A stretch of DNA of 63,917 nt, the filler included, from Craspedostauros australis (Eukaryota), in assembly GCA_030167865.1 (NCBI GenBank). It is 12 parts of 12 records of this genome, joined end to end, with 100 filler letters (N's around TTAATTAATTAA, not from the genome) between each part and the next. Parts side by side here need not be neighbours in the genome. Positions count along the whole stretch, not along the records: positions 33,632 to 36,889 come from JALAGF010004018.1; positions 36,990 to 41,940 come from JALAGF010004019.1; positions 42,041 to 44,743 come from JALAGF010004020.1; positions 44,844 to 47,951 come from JALAGF010004022.1; 8 more parts are not named here. One strand, 5' to 3'. The translations under genes were made by a program, and so were the position numbers. Below are positions 36,443 to 48,051 of this stretch, in pieces; the stretch's first letter is position 1, and each line of letters begins with the position of its first letter. The notes below the pieces were generated by a model. The model was not told the DNA's origin. It ran no database searches and worked only from the letters and a program-made list of their open reading frames with translations.

Positions 36443-36889
36443 ATGGATGTTGTGTCGCAGGCCAGCTACGCAGGTGAATTTGCGGTGGAAGGCTTTGCGC
36501 TGATGGGACGCGACTTGGACCGTCATGATGCGAACACGCTCAATGATACACAGTTGCGAGAGTTTCGCGGAATGTTCGGGACTGATCCACACATTACTCA
36601 CCTCCTCTGGGAAGACCTGATTGGCACAGGTCTTCTCCCCTTCGACGCGAAGCCGAAGCACCTCCTTTGGATGTGCGCGTTCCTTCGAATGTATTTGGCG
36701 GAGACAGTGGTGGCACGGATGATGGACGTCACCGCGAAAACTTTCCGCAAGTGGGCGTGGGTCATGGCCCGAGCCGTGGCAGAGTTGCGCCATGACATTG
36801 TAAGTACAGCACATGAGAACCCCCCCAAAAATTGCGAACTCTCTTTTTTCGCCTACCACGACTCACTCACAATTTCCATTCGTGACTGA
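36443..36889 (+). mobile_element. N-terminal (HTH) exon of a PIF/Harbinger-ISL2EU-like DDE transposase; cut by the contig end
   Basis: REFRGMFG..LW..L..KPKHLLWMCAFLRMY..E.V.A....VTAKTFRKWAW....VAEL matches the pattern I recall upstream of DDE_Tnp_4 nuclease domains in diatoms. Splice donor GTAAGT at 36800. The catalytic core is not in the window. Confidence 0.7.
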
Positions 36890-36989
36890 NNNNNNNNNNN
36901 NNNNNNNNNNNNNNNNNNNNNNNNNNNNNNNNNTTAATTAATTAANNNNNNNNNNNNNNNNNNNNNNNNNNNNNNNNNNNNNNNNNNNN
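36890..36989. other. Artificial contig linker
   Basis: 44 N + TTAATTAATTAA + 44 N. Confidence 0.98.
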
Positions 36990-37481
36990 CAGTTCACGTG
37001 GAGATCTTCACGCGAAACTTTCAGTTCCTGTTGAGGCAATGAAGTCCCACCAACCTCTCCGTTGGCCGCTCAATCCTGGCTGTTCGGCGCCTGCTGGCCG
37101 CAATTGGAGGTGACGAAGTTGGTGATTTCGTCGAAGAGGCACTCGCTTGTGTCAGAGGCAACTGCTTGCCATCGCTCGTTTCTCTTTTGTCCAGAAACAA
37201 GAAGCAGACAGAGAAGTTTGGCGATGCCTCTGCACACCGATACACAGGCAAACAAGGCAACAAACACACAAGGCAACAAACACACAAGCCAGCCACTGTG
37301 GAGCAGAGTTGTCGTATGCACGAGCTTTGATACACACGGATAGCAACAACTGGATCCATCTCTTCCTTGCACCCTGCATCCCCTGAATGCTGCTGTTCTC
37401 ATAATTCGGCACAACAAAGCAACACAGACACAGACACAGACACGCATTCGCACCAATTCGCACCAACACGCACCAACAACC

Positions 37482-39839
37482 ATGCCGATCATCAAGAAAG
37501 ACATCCTCGCTCTCGTCGTGGCTCAGAGCCTCGTCTCCAACGGCGTCGACGCGGTGCTGAACACCAACAAGAAGGCAGTCGCAGATGACAAAATCGACGC
37601 CAATGCCAACGCCGCCAAGGCGAAGCTCCTGGAGTTGACAGCCAACGACAAGAGGAAGGATGCCAACATGCCAAACTCGCAATCGCACTCTCACCTGCAC
37701 TCTCACTTGCTCTCTCACCTGCACTCTCATGATGGAAAGGTCAAGACCACAACTAACAAGGTCGCAGACAGCACCCGCCGTCCACGTCCTTCCATCTCCA
37801 CCAACATCAAGGACAAGCACGCCGATCTCGGTCGCCTTCAAGCCCAAGATGCGTCCAGCGATGAGGATGAGCATGCATCGCACGAGCACAGCTCTCTGTC
37901 TGTTGGAATGGAGACAGACGAGGCTCACGACGCCAACAGTCGTCAGCTCAAGTCCTCGAAATCCGCCAAATCGGCGAAGTCCTCGAAATCGGCCAAGTCC
38001 TCGAAATCGACCAAGCCCCCCGAGGTGCTCGAGCCGTGCTTCGCTGGAACAGCCGAAGCCGTCACTGCCAATTGCGCGGCCGAAGATGCCGGCTGTTGCG
38101 AAGCTTCGGTCAACGCCACATCCCCTGCATGCTCTTGGAGCAGTGGCAGCTCTGTGACCGTCTGCCCCGACTCCTGCAATGGCGAGCAAGCTTGCTTCTT
38201 CAATCCCAACATCACGACGACCATCCAGATTGCCTCCTACTCTTGCAACGGTGACAGAGCCTGCCAGTACACCGCTGTGTCTGTGCCCTCCCGTGCTTGC
38301 AACGGCGAGGCTGCTTGCGAGGAGAACTCTGGCACTGTCGCCGATGACGCTTGCAATGGTGACGAAGCTTGCTACCACAACTCTGGCACTGTCGCCGTTG
38401 ACGCTTGCAATGGTGACAAAGCTTGCTACGAGAACTCTGGCACTATCGCCGACGACGCTTGCAATGGTAGCCGTGCATGCGAGTACAACGAGGGGGTCAT
38501 CGGCAAGGGTTCTTGCTTCGGATACTCGGCTTGCTACGAGAACTCTGGCACTGTTGCTGATGACGCTTGCAATGGTACTGAAGCATGCGAGTACAACGAG
38601 GGGGTCATCGGCAAGGGTTCTTGCTCCGGATACAAAGCTTGCTACGAGAACTCTGGCCCTGTCGCCGATGACGCTTGCAATGGGAATAATGCATGCGATA
38701 ACAACGAGGGGGCCATCGGCAAGGGTTCTTGCTCCGGAATCATCGCTTGCTATGATAACGGTGGCGACGTTGGTAGTGGCTCATGTATCAATACGACGGC
38801 GTGTTACGGCAACTCCGCGAATGTCAGTGACGGCTCCTGCATCGGCGAGTCGTCCTGTCAGCAAAATACCGCCGATGTGGACGAAGGATCGTGCTTCGGC
38901 AATTACGCATGCTACTTCAACGACGGAGCCGTCACTTCTAACGCATGCATTGGTGAACGCTCTTGCGATTCAAATTATGGCAACATTGGTGAAGGCTCCT
39001 GCCATCTTCAGTACGCTTGCGAAAGAAACAGGGGGAACATTGCGAAGGACTCCTGCATTGGAGAGAGAGCCTGCAACGACAACTCCGCGACCGTCGCATC
39101 GTACGCGTGCAACGGCGACGGTGTTTGCTATGAGAATCGCGGTGCCGTCGGTCAAGGTTCCTGCCAACTGGAAAACGCATGCAAACAGAATGAAGGTAAC
39201 GTTGGCAACTACTCTTGCATTGGAGAAGAAGCCTGCTACGACAACTCTGAGTATGTCGCATCGAACGCGTGCAACGGTACCCGCGCTTGTTACAATAATG
39301 TTGGTTACATTGGCCAAGGCTCCTGTCATGGCGAGTACGCTTGCGAAACCAACTACGGTTACATCGAAGCGGGGTCATGCCAAGGACAAGAAGCTTGCTA
39401 CAAGAACTACGGTTACATCGAAGCGGGGTCATGTCAAGGACAAGAAGCTTGCTACGAGAACTACGGTTACATCGAAGCGGGGTCATGCCAAGGACAACGA
39501 GCTTGCTATTTGAATACCGGCGGCGTCCACCAAGACTCCTGCGTGGGCAAGAGCGCTTGTGAGAGCAACAGCGGGAACATTGCCGAAAACTCTTGCGAAG
39601 GAACACAAGCCTGCGCTTTCAACAGAGAATACGTCAGCGCCAGGTCTTGCATCGGAGAGCAAGCTTGCGACTCCAACTACGGCGAGATCGGGGCGGATTC
39701 GTGCAAAATGTCCCAAGCGTGCTACTTCAACTACGGCGAAGTTGGCAATGGAGCTTGCCTTGGTACCAGGGCATGCTATGGCAACGTGGATCCCGTGGCT
39801 GACGGAGGCTGCATCGGCGATTATACCTGTTCCGCGTAG
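37482..39839 (+). CDS. Secreted Cys-rich protein with ~29 strict 18-aa repeats and an RXL + KxxK leader (copy 1, complete)
   Basis: 785-aa ORF: signal-like N-terminus, SHSHLHSH tract, RQL-KSSKSAKSAKSSKSAKSSKSTK, then repeats of xxNxGx(V/I)xxx(S/A)CxGxxAC up to the stop. Confidence 0.9.
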   Translation: MPIIKKDILALVVAQSLVSNGVDAVLNTNKKAVADDKIDANANAAKAKLLELTANDKRKDANMPNSQSHSHLHSHLLSHLHSHDGKVKTTTNKVADSTRRPRPSISTNIKDKHADLGRLQAQDASSDEDEHASHEHSSLSVGMETDEAHDANSRQLKSSKSAKSAKSSKSAKSSKSTKPPEVLEPCFAGTAEAVTANCAAEDAGCCEASVNATSPACSWSSGSSVTVCPDSCNGEQACFFNPNITTTIQIASYSCNGDRACQYTAVSVPSRACNGEAACEENSGTVADDACNGDEACYHNSGTVAVDACNGDKACYENSGTIADDACNGSRACEYNEGVIGKGSCFGYSACYENSGTVADDACNGTEACEYNEGVIGKGSCSGYKACYENSGPVADDACNGNNACDNNEGAIGKGSCSGIIACYDNGGDVGSGSCINTTACYGNSANVSDGSCIGESSCQQNTADVDEGSCFGNYACYFNDGAVTSNACIGERSCDSNYGNIGEGSCHLQYACERNRGNIAKDSCIGERACNDNSATVASYACNGDGVCYENRGAVGQGSCQLENACKQNEGNVGNYSCIGEEACYDNSEYVASNACNGTRACYNNVGYIGQGSCHGEYACETNYGYIEAGSCQGQEACYKNYGYIEAGSCQGQEACYENYGYIEAGSCQGQRACYLNTGGVHQDSCVGKSACESNSGNIAENSCEGTQACAFNREYVSARSCIGEQACDSNYGEIGADSCKMSQACYFNYGEVGNGACLGTRACYGNVDPVADGGCIGDYTCSA

Positions 39840-41500
39840 ATAAGAAGTCATCACACAGGGTGGATCGTAGGGTAAACTCCCTTTCTCCACAAGAAGTGAT
39901 AGCAATTGTTTTTCTCATCAATTCCGATGCTCGTTTGTGGTAGAGAAAGAGAGAGAGAGAGAGAGAGCATGGTCTCCCTGTGCATTACTGTACGACAACT
40001 CGTGTCGAGGATGTCGTCGCTCCTGTGACCATACGTAGTCGCAGAGCAGCTCTTCGTCTGTGGGCTTTGCTCTGATCGGACGGAAAGCCCCAGTTGCCGC
40101 ATGACGACTGAGTCGAGCATGCATCGTCGCAGCACAGCGGTCACACCTCACAATCTGTCGTCTTTGTGTCCTTGGATGTGCCTGAAACAAGCCGGAGCAT
40201 CGCCAGTGCGCGCCTCCCGCAACGAACGTGTTGTGCACTTGTGACGCCATTTTGCGTGGTTGTTTGTTGTGACATTGGTCGTGTATCGCCGTTGGCGGGC
40301 AGATTTCAACGGAGATGAGGTTTGTTTCTTGCGCGCGAGAACAAGTTGATGTCCGAGGATTTGATAGCGGCATGCCAAGTACTGGCGACGATACGTGTGT
40401 TACACATGAACTTGCCGGGTGGGATTTCTCAGACAAACTTCGCACAAATCCTGTTGTTCGGTGATCGTTTCGCGGAGTGTTCGACTGCGTGTCTCCGTTG
40501 AGTTCACTGACGGTTAACGGTGACAATTTGACGTTGCGATGCCGGCTCTTCTGCAATCGCGGTCCATTCAGTCATGGGTAGAGCTATGGCTGTCCTGTGG
40601 GACTGGTTGAGTGGAATGCAAGACTCCTCTGTTGGCTCCAGCCTTCTCTCAGACTCTCTAGTTTTGCGAGGATAGCATTCCGAAACGGAAGGATTTTGAT
40701 TGTTGGAGCTGGGGTCACAATGACCCTATTCTTGTCGCGTATCCAAGACCATATTAATGTCAAGGAACTACCATGACAATATCCTAATTAACGAAGGACA
40801 CGGCGTAGGACAGATACTTGAGGCTTAAAGTACTCAACGACAACATCATCCATGTTCGGATGGAATTGGAAACAAGGACTCCACACGAGATAGCAACCGG
40901 TTGGAGTGATTTGGACAGAAAGCGCCTCTCCAGGGAACGACTCACATCATCACCCAACACGAACAGCAAGAACGCTTGTGCAGGAAACAGAGAGAGGTGC
41001 AGTGAGTGAAGGCAGCACAACAAAGCTTGTGATAGATCAAGGGTGGCACGACAATGGCACATGACTGGACGAGTTCTGCACATCAACACCGCCAACAAGA
41101 ACAAGAACAACAAGAGAGACAAGACAACAACCATCCTCGTCCTTGTCTTTAACTTTGTTGCGATTGTTGCCTTCGGCGCCTATTGTTGAAGTGGGACGAA
41201 CCGTCGTCATACAAGCCACACCACGAGCCGTACCACGCACAGCGACATTGAGCACAAGTTGCGACCACGAACATCAGGCGCCATAGCATACCACAGTGTA
41301 CCACACGAGTGCGTGAAGCAAGGACGTCTCTGGTTGCGTCACCTGCGTGGGTACCTGCTTGGTTTGGGTGATCGAAAGGGTTCGTGAGCACAACGACACC
41401 GCTTACTAGTACGACCTGCTCTGCCAGATAGCGCCACGAGACTTTTGGGGAGAGGCACAACCCTCCCCAACACGCAGGCGTTCATCGCCCAACGACAACA

Positions 41501-41940
41501 ATGGATTCCAGCACGGCACCATCGTCAAGCCGGTCTCTGGGCATCGACGAGCTGTTGGGCAAGGGTCATGATTCGCAGCAGCAGAATTCACAAGAGCAGT
41601 TCGATCCTCATTTGCCACCAGCCTTTCGTGCCTCGTTCCACAACAGCAGCCGACGATCCATTGAGAACAGCAGTCCCAAATCCAGATCGCAGGCCAGCCG
41701 CGTGACCAACGACAAGAGCGCATCGTTCGAACTGCATCTGAGTCCGACGACGAAGCCGAATCTGCGCGACGATCGATCATCATCGACAACGGCGGCCATG
41801 TCGGATGTCGTCGAGAAGGACGTGTCGGCGCAACCCGAAAAGAAGTCATTGTTTTGGACGCTGTCGTCGCCCGTGAGCAAGCCATTGACGTATGGTGCTG
41901 CCACCAAGTCGTCGCCTGTGCAAGACACAAGCAAGAGCAC
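41501..41940 (+). CDS. Start of an unknown S-rich protein, cut by the contig end
   Basis: ATG in ACAACAATGG context, open frame to the gap, coding-like composition. No domain recognised. Confidence 0.5.
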
Positions 41941-42040
41941 NNNNNNNNNNNNNNNNNNNNNNNNNNNNNNNNNNNNNNNNNNNNTTAATTAATTAANNNN
42001 NNNNNNNNNNNNNNNNNNNNNNNNNNNNNNNNNNNNNNNN
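41941..42040. other. Artificial contig linker
   Basis: 44 N + TTAATTAATTAA + 44 N. Confidence 0.98.
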
Positions 42041-42532
42041 CAGTTCACGTGGAGATCTTCACGCGAAACTTTCAGTTCCTGTTGAGGCAATGAAGTCCCA
42101 CCAACCTCTCCGTTGGCCGCTCAATCCTGGCTGTTCGGCGCCTGCTGGCCGCAATTGGAGGTGACGAAGTTGGTGATTTCGTCGAAGAGGCACTCGCTTG
42201 TGTCAGAGGCAACTGCTTGCCATCGCTCGTTTCTCTTTTGTCCAGAAACAAGAAGCAGACAGAGAAGTTTGGCGATGCCTCTGCACACCGATACACAGGC
42301 AAACAAGGCAACAAACACACAAGGCAACAAACACACAAGCCAGCCACTGTGGAGCAGAGTTGTCGTATGCACGAGCTTTGATACACACGGATAGCAACAA
42401 CTGGATCCATCTCTTCCTTGCACCCTGCATCCCCTGAATGCTGCTGTTCTCATAATTCGGCACAACAAAGCAACACAGACACAGACACAGACACGCATTC
42501 GCACCAATTCGCACCAACACGCACCAACAACC

Positions 42533-44743
42533 ATGCCGATCATCAAGAAAGACATCCTCGCTCTCGTCGTGGCTCAGAGCCTCGTCTCCAACGGCGTCGA
42601 CGCGGTGCTGAACACCAACAAGAAGGCAGTCGCAGATGACAAAATCGACGCCAATGCCAACGCCGCCAAGGCGAAGCTCCTGGAGTTGACAGCCAACGAC
42701 AAGAGGAAGGATGCCAACGTGCCAAACTCGCAATCGCATTCTCGCCTGCACTCTCACTTGCTCTCTCACCTGCACTCTCATGATGAAAAGGTCGAGACCA
42801 CAACAAACAAGGTCGCAGACAGCACCCACCGTCCACGTCCTTCCATCTCCACCAACATCAAGGACGAGTACGCCGATCTCGGTCGCCTTCAAGCCCAAGA
42901 TGCGTCCAACGATGAGGATGAGCACGCATCGCACGAGCACAGCTCTCTGTCTGTTGGAATGGAGACAGACGAGACTCACGACGCCAACAGTCGTCAGCTC
43001 AAGTCCTCGAAATCCGCCAAATCGGCCAAATCGGCGAAGTCCTCCAAGTCCTCGAAATCGACCAAGCCCCCCGAGGTGCTCGAGCCGTGCTTCACTGGAA
43101 CAGCCGAAGCCGTCACTGCCAAGTGCGCGGCCGAGGATGCCAGCTGTTGCGAAGCTTCGGTCAACGCCACATCCCCTGCATGCTCTTGGAGCAGTGGGAG
43201 CTCTGTGACCGTTTGCCCCGACTCCTGCAATGGCGAGCAAGCTTGCTTCTTCAATCCCAGCATCACGACGACCATCCAGATTGCCTCCTACTCTTGCAAT
43301 GGTGACAGAGCCTGCCAGTACACCGCTGTGTCTGTGCCCTCCCGTGCTTGCAACGGCGAGGCTGCTTGCTACCAGAACTCTGGCACTGTCGCCGATGACG
43401 CTTGCAATGGTGACGAAGCTTGCTACCACAACTCTGGCACTGTCGCCGTTGACGCTTGCAATGGTGACGAAGCTTGCTACGAGAACTCTGGCACTATCGC
43501 CGACGACGCTTGCAATGGTAATGCTACGTGCACGTACAACAAAGGAGCCATCGGCAAGGGTTCTTGCTTCGGAGACAAAGCTTGCGACGGGAACTCTGGC
43601 ACTGTCGCCGATGACGCTTGCAACGGTAAAGATGCATGCGGGTACAACAAGGAGGTCATCGGCAAGGGTTCTTGCTTCGGACACAAGGCTTGCTACGAGA
43701 ACTCTGGCCCTGTCGCCGATGACGCTTGCAATGGTACTGAAGCATGCATGTCCAACAAGGGAGCCATCGGCAAGGGTTCTTGCATTGGAGAAAAGGCTTG
43801 CTACCGGAACTCTGGCACTGTCGCCGATGACGCTTGCAATGGTAGGTATGCATGCGGGTACAACAAGGAGGTCATCGGCAAGGGTTCTTGCTCCGGAATC
43901 ATCGCTTGCTATGATAACGGTGGCAACGTTGGTAGTGGCTCATGTATCAATCCGGCGGCGTGTTTCGGCAACTCCGCGAATGTCAGTGACGGCTCCTGTA
44001 TTGGCACGGATGCCTGTTCGTACAATTCCGCCGATGTGGACGAAGGATCGTGCTTCGGCAATTACGCATGCTACTTCAACGACGGAGCCGTCACTTCTAG
44101 CGCATGCATTGGTGAACGCTCTTGCTCTTCAAATTATGGCAACATTGGTGAAGGCTCCTGCCATCTTCAGAACGCTTGCAAAGGCAACAGCGGGAACATT
44201 ACGAAGGACTCCTGCATTGGAGAGGGAGCCTGCAACGGCAACTCCGCGACCGTCGCATCGTACGCGTGCAACGGGGACGGTGCTTGCTACGAGAATCGCG
44301 GTGCCGTCGGTCAAGGTTCCTGCCAGCTGGAAAACGCATGCAAACAGAATGAAGGTGACGTTGGCAACTACTCTTGCATTGGAGAAGAAGCCTGCTACGA
44401 GAACTCTGAGTATGTCGCATCGAACGCGTGCAACGGTACCCGCGCTTGTTACGAGAATGTTGGTTACATTGGCCAAGACTCCTGTCATGGCAAGAGCGCT
44501 TGCCAAAACAACAACGGCGAGATCAGCGAGGATTCCTGCATTGGACTAGAAGCTTGCTACGAGAACTACGGTTACATCGAAGCGGGGTCATGTCAAGGAC
44601 AACGAGCTTGCTACAGAAACATCGGCGATGTCGGATCGTCCGGTTGCAACGGAGACGAGGCTTGCTATTTGAATACCGGCGGCGTCCACCAAGACTCCTG
44701 CGTGGGCAAGAGCGCTTGTGAGAGCAACAGCGGGAACATTGCC
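42533..44743 (+). CDS. Second allele or paralog of the 18-aa Cys-repeat protein (copy 2, 3' partial)
   Basis: 42041-42718 appears identical to 36990-37667. Downstream the architecture is the same, with substitutions and a different repeat order and number. Confidence 0.9.
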
Positions 44744-44843
44744 NNNNNNNNNNNNNNNNNNNNNNNNNNNNNNNNNNNNNNNNNNNNTTAATTAATTAAN
44801 NNNNNNNNNNNNNNNNNNNNNNNNNNNNNNNNNNNNNNNNNNN
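44744..44843. other. Artificial contig linker
   Basis: 44 N + TTAATTAATTAA + 44 N. Confidence 0.98.
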
Positions 44844-45010
44844 CCTCCGCGAAAACGAAAACAAAGGAAAAGGCTCTGATGAATGGATGGATGTCACCAG
44901 GAAGACCTGTCAGTGCGCTCGTGCATGCCGCTTTTGTTGTCGTATCGCGTCGTATCACGTTGTTTCACATCGATCCAAAGAAAGGTTGTTGGTCGAGAGA
45001 CACACTGAGC

Positions 45011-46781
45011 TTACACGACCTCGGGAGCACTGGGCCCAAGGCCAGTGAAGCTTGTCATATCGTATGGGTACTGGAGCTCGTCATGGTCGTGCCGGTGCAC
45101 TTGGAATAGCACGCAACAGAAGCACCAGAACGAGCAGCAGCAATCATCCACATATCCTTCACCGCAGCAGCTTCCTCGAATGTTGTATCGCTGGCGGTAG
45201 AGGGAGCGGACAATGGTGAGGTTGTACACGACGTAGATGAGCAGGGGCAAGTAAACTGCTCGTCAATTGATGTTTTGTGTTCGCAGCGCCCACGTGATTT
45301 CACAGGCATCGGGTGTGCATGCATGGCAGTGCAAATGGAACGCCGCACGCGGAGCGTGGGTATCGCGTTGGGAAAAGGGACGAATTGATGTGGCATGGTT
45401 AGGATGAGACATGAGACGGAATGGCTACGCACATGATTTCTCAATATTCCTTCATACACAACATTGCTGTGTTCTTTCAGCTTCGTCAAGCTCCGAGAAA
45501 TGGAGTAGATCAATGGAATACTTACCGACGGTTCCGGCTGGCCCCGTTCCAGCAAGGATGACCAGGAGAATGGCGAAGACGATGGAAATGGCAGACACGA
45601 TGATGCACGTGTTGTTGTACTCGCTGCCTTCGCGCGCGATGGGATCGAGCTTGTTGCGCTGCATGATTTGCCCCAGAAGAACTCCACCGCAGCAATAGCC
45701 CATCTGTTCCGCGAGGACAGCCGCCATTTGTGGTTTGGAGTTGCAAATGCAGTGGGAACAGCAAGGCAAGCGATGAGAGAGTGAGCGAAACGGAGGATGG
45801 ACACAAAATATTGTGGAATATAACATTGTGGAATAGAAAAGTTGTGTGCACAGAGAGAAAAAACAATGGGTGTCACCACGACAAATGATCAGTTGGGGAA
45901 GTCTCGACTTGTTTGGTTGTGCATTTCGGCGCCGAGATTGTTCTTCGGATTGCCTGCCCATAACATTCTCATAGGTGCAGGTGAAGATGCAGCCGCAGAT
46001 ACAATGGCATGATACCTAGAGTAAAGAGTACTCACCCAAAATGGACAGCAGCAGGTCTCGCAACAGGAGCAAAGACCATTGCGCCAGCGTCCAGTCACAA
46101 CATCTCCTTTCGGCGCCTGCCCGACTTCCATTGGTTGGATGACAACTGGGCCTGCACTCACTGCAACCGGCTGGTCCATGGCCGGCTGCGCATGCGCCAC
46201 AGGGATGATATCGTCCTCTGGATATGGAACCTGGAAAGATTCTCCCTCCTTGACACCCCCCTCTGGCACAGTGACGGTGAACTGCGGTGATGTGTGTGTG
46301 TGTGTGCGTGCGTGCGCGCGTGTCGATTGCAGAGGACGGCACGGTTGGAAGAAGTGTTGGATGGAAATTCGTTTGTTGAGGAGATGGTGAGATGATGTCG
46401 ACGATGGTGTCAACGACAACAAGGATGGAACAGCGAAGGCACAACGCCACCATCCCAAGCAGACACCCAGCGAAAGGACGGTGAATAGGAAGACGCTGAC
46501 AGCACATCAAGTGCAAAGCCGCGAGGCAGATCTTCGTGCTCTTGCTGCTGCATGTCACGGCGTCACGCATGCACCCACAACAGGTGCCGACATGGTGCGA
46601 GTTGATTGTGCCGTCTTGTTGTCCAGCGTACACGCTCGGCTGGCAGCACCACGCTTCGCATGCTGTTGCCGACATGAGAGCTCTTCGCGTAACTCACTGT
46701 CGTGCCATCGACGGTCGCATCGAAGGTGTAGCCTTCACCGAGGGTTGCTGGTGCGATGACTGAGACGGTCCTGACGGTCAT
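45011..46781 (-). CDS. PLAC8-family Cys-rich membrane protein; 4 exons (46781-46698, 46281-46036, 45703-45526, 45255-45011)
   Basis: GRWRNGLCSCC..CCCPFW-MGYCCGGVLLGQIMQR, a hydrophobic segment, then R..YRQRYNIRG..DDCCCSFWCFCCVLFQVHRH. Three GT-AG introns restore one frame. Confidence 0.88.
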
Positions 46782-47951
46782 GTTGTTGATGCTGTTGGCG
46801 TTGATGTTGGCAGAGGTGTTCTTGGATTGTGGGACCTTTTGTGCGCTGCTTTCTTTTCTCGCTGGCATGCGGCTGCAGTTGTGGCTGCGACCGTGGTCAT
46901 GATTGTGGCTCTTGTTGTCAGATGTGTTGTTGCCATGCAGAAGGAAGGGAGTCTGTGCGATGTGTTCCCGTTTCCTGTTTCTCCCTTCCCCTTTGGTTGC
47001 ACAATCTAGCGATCATCCGAAGCCCTCCTTTTGGCACAGGCCTGTCGGTGATGTTTCCATTCGCGAATCAGGTATGTCAGAACAGGATACTGTCACGTCT
47101 GATGTGAAGGAAAACGCGGATCCCACCTTGGCGTTCGTTCTCCATCTCCAATCCGCGTGACCACATCACGTTTTGGGTCTTGGAGAGCCTCCATCCACCA
47201 AATCGGCTCTGCCCAACTGTTCGTGTTTGATCGTTTCGGGAGAGTAATTCTGCCGATTGCGTGTTCCACCCTGTTCTGAGGACTCAACCACGACACAGAC
47301 TCCGACCACGAAAGTCCTCCACCAGCACCAACCTCTTCCCGGCGTTGTCTTGGATTCTATCCGCGTGGCAACAGCTCTTACGACAGGTCGTACTCGTGCA
47401 CGTCGCGGATGATAGTCGTACCGGATCCAGAGAGGATAAGACCCTGGTGAGCGAGCGGACCATACGAATACTCGTACCATGCATCAGTGCACTGCGATGT
47501 CGCAGAGCAGAGCGCAATGAGACTGTTGGCACTACTCTACGGCTAGTACGGCACTAGCTACGCAAATAGCATCCAATTCTCTCCCTTTCGAAGTAACCGA
47601 AGTCCCCTGTAAACTCGTTTCGAAAAAGAGCTGTGAGCCAATCGATTACTTAGGGGCGCCCACTGACGTGGCGCCCGATACTACGGGAGTTTTCCCATGG
47701 TATCAACAAACGAGTTTGTCCGGAACGGTGGTACCAAAACTGAGTCGGTCTGGTCCTTGTTGTCAGCATGCATGGATGAGACTCGATGCTCTGGACTTTT
47801 TTCAAAAATGCCAAGGCGCGCGCTTTTTGGAAATTGTCATTGCCGATTGGCACTTCGCGCCGGCCAGCGGATGGGAGAAAATGCACCACGATAACGCTAG
47901 TTGTTGAGGTCCAGCTCCAATATGGGAGACACGGTTATTTTGTATATTTAT

Positions 47952-48051
47952 NNNNNNNNNNNNNNNNNNNNNNNNNNNNNNNNNNNNNNNNNNNNTTAAT
48001 TAATTAANNNNNNNNNNNNNNNNNNNNNNNNNNNNNNNNNNNNNNNNNNNN
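47952..48051. other. Artificial contig linker
   Basis: 44 N + TTAATTAATTAA + 44 N. Confidence 0.98.

Noticed and set aside
38320..39500. 54-bp periodic repeats with variable parts resembling a CRISPR or DGR-like array
   Set aside because: They are in-frame protein-coding repeats. There are no cas or reverse transcriptase genes, and the variation is not adenine-specific.
40681..40776. RILIVGAGVTMTLFLS resembling an FNR/Rossmann NAD-binding motif
   Set aside because: The match is only about 15 aa, surrounded by stops. It could be a decayed fragment but cannot be supported by eye.
4179..46781. PCS + TLDc + PLAC8 (plant cadmium resistance-like) as a metal-stress cluster
   Set aside because: PLAC8 is on a different contig and the linkers make the adjacency artificial. 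PCS and TLDc are neighbours, but two genes are not evidence of a cluster.
47650..47676. TTA-GGGGCGCCC..GGCGCCC hairpin as a Harbinger-type terminus
   Set aside because: There is no partner TIR or second copy in the window, and the contig ends shortly after.
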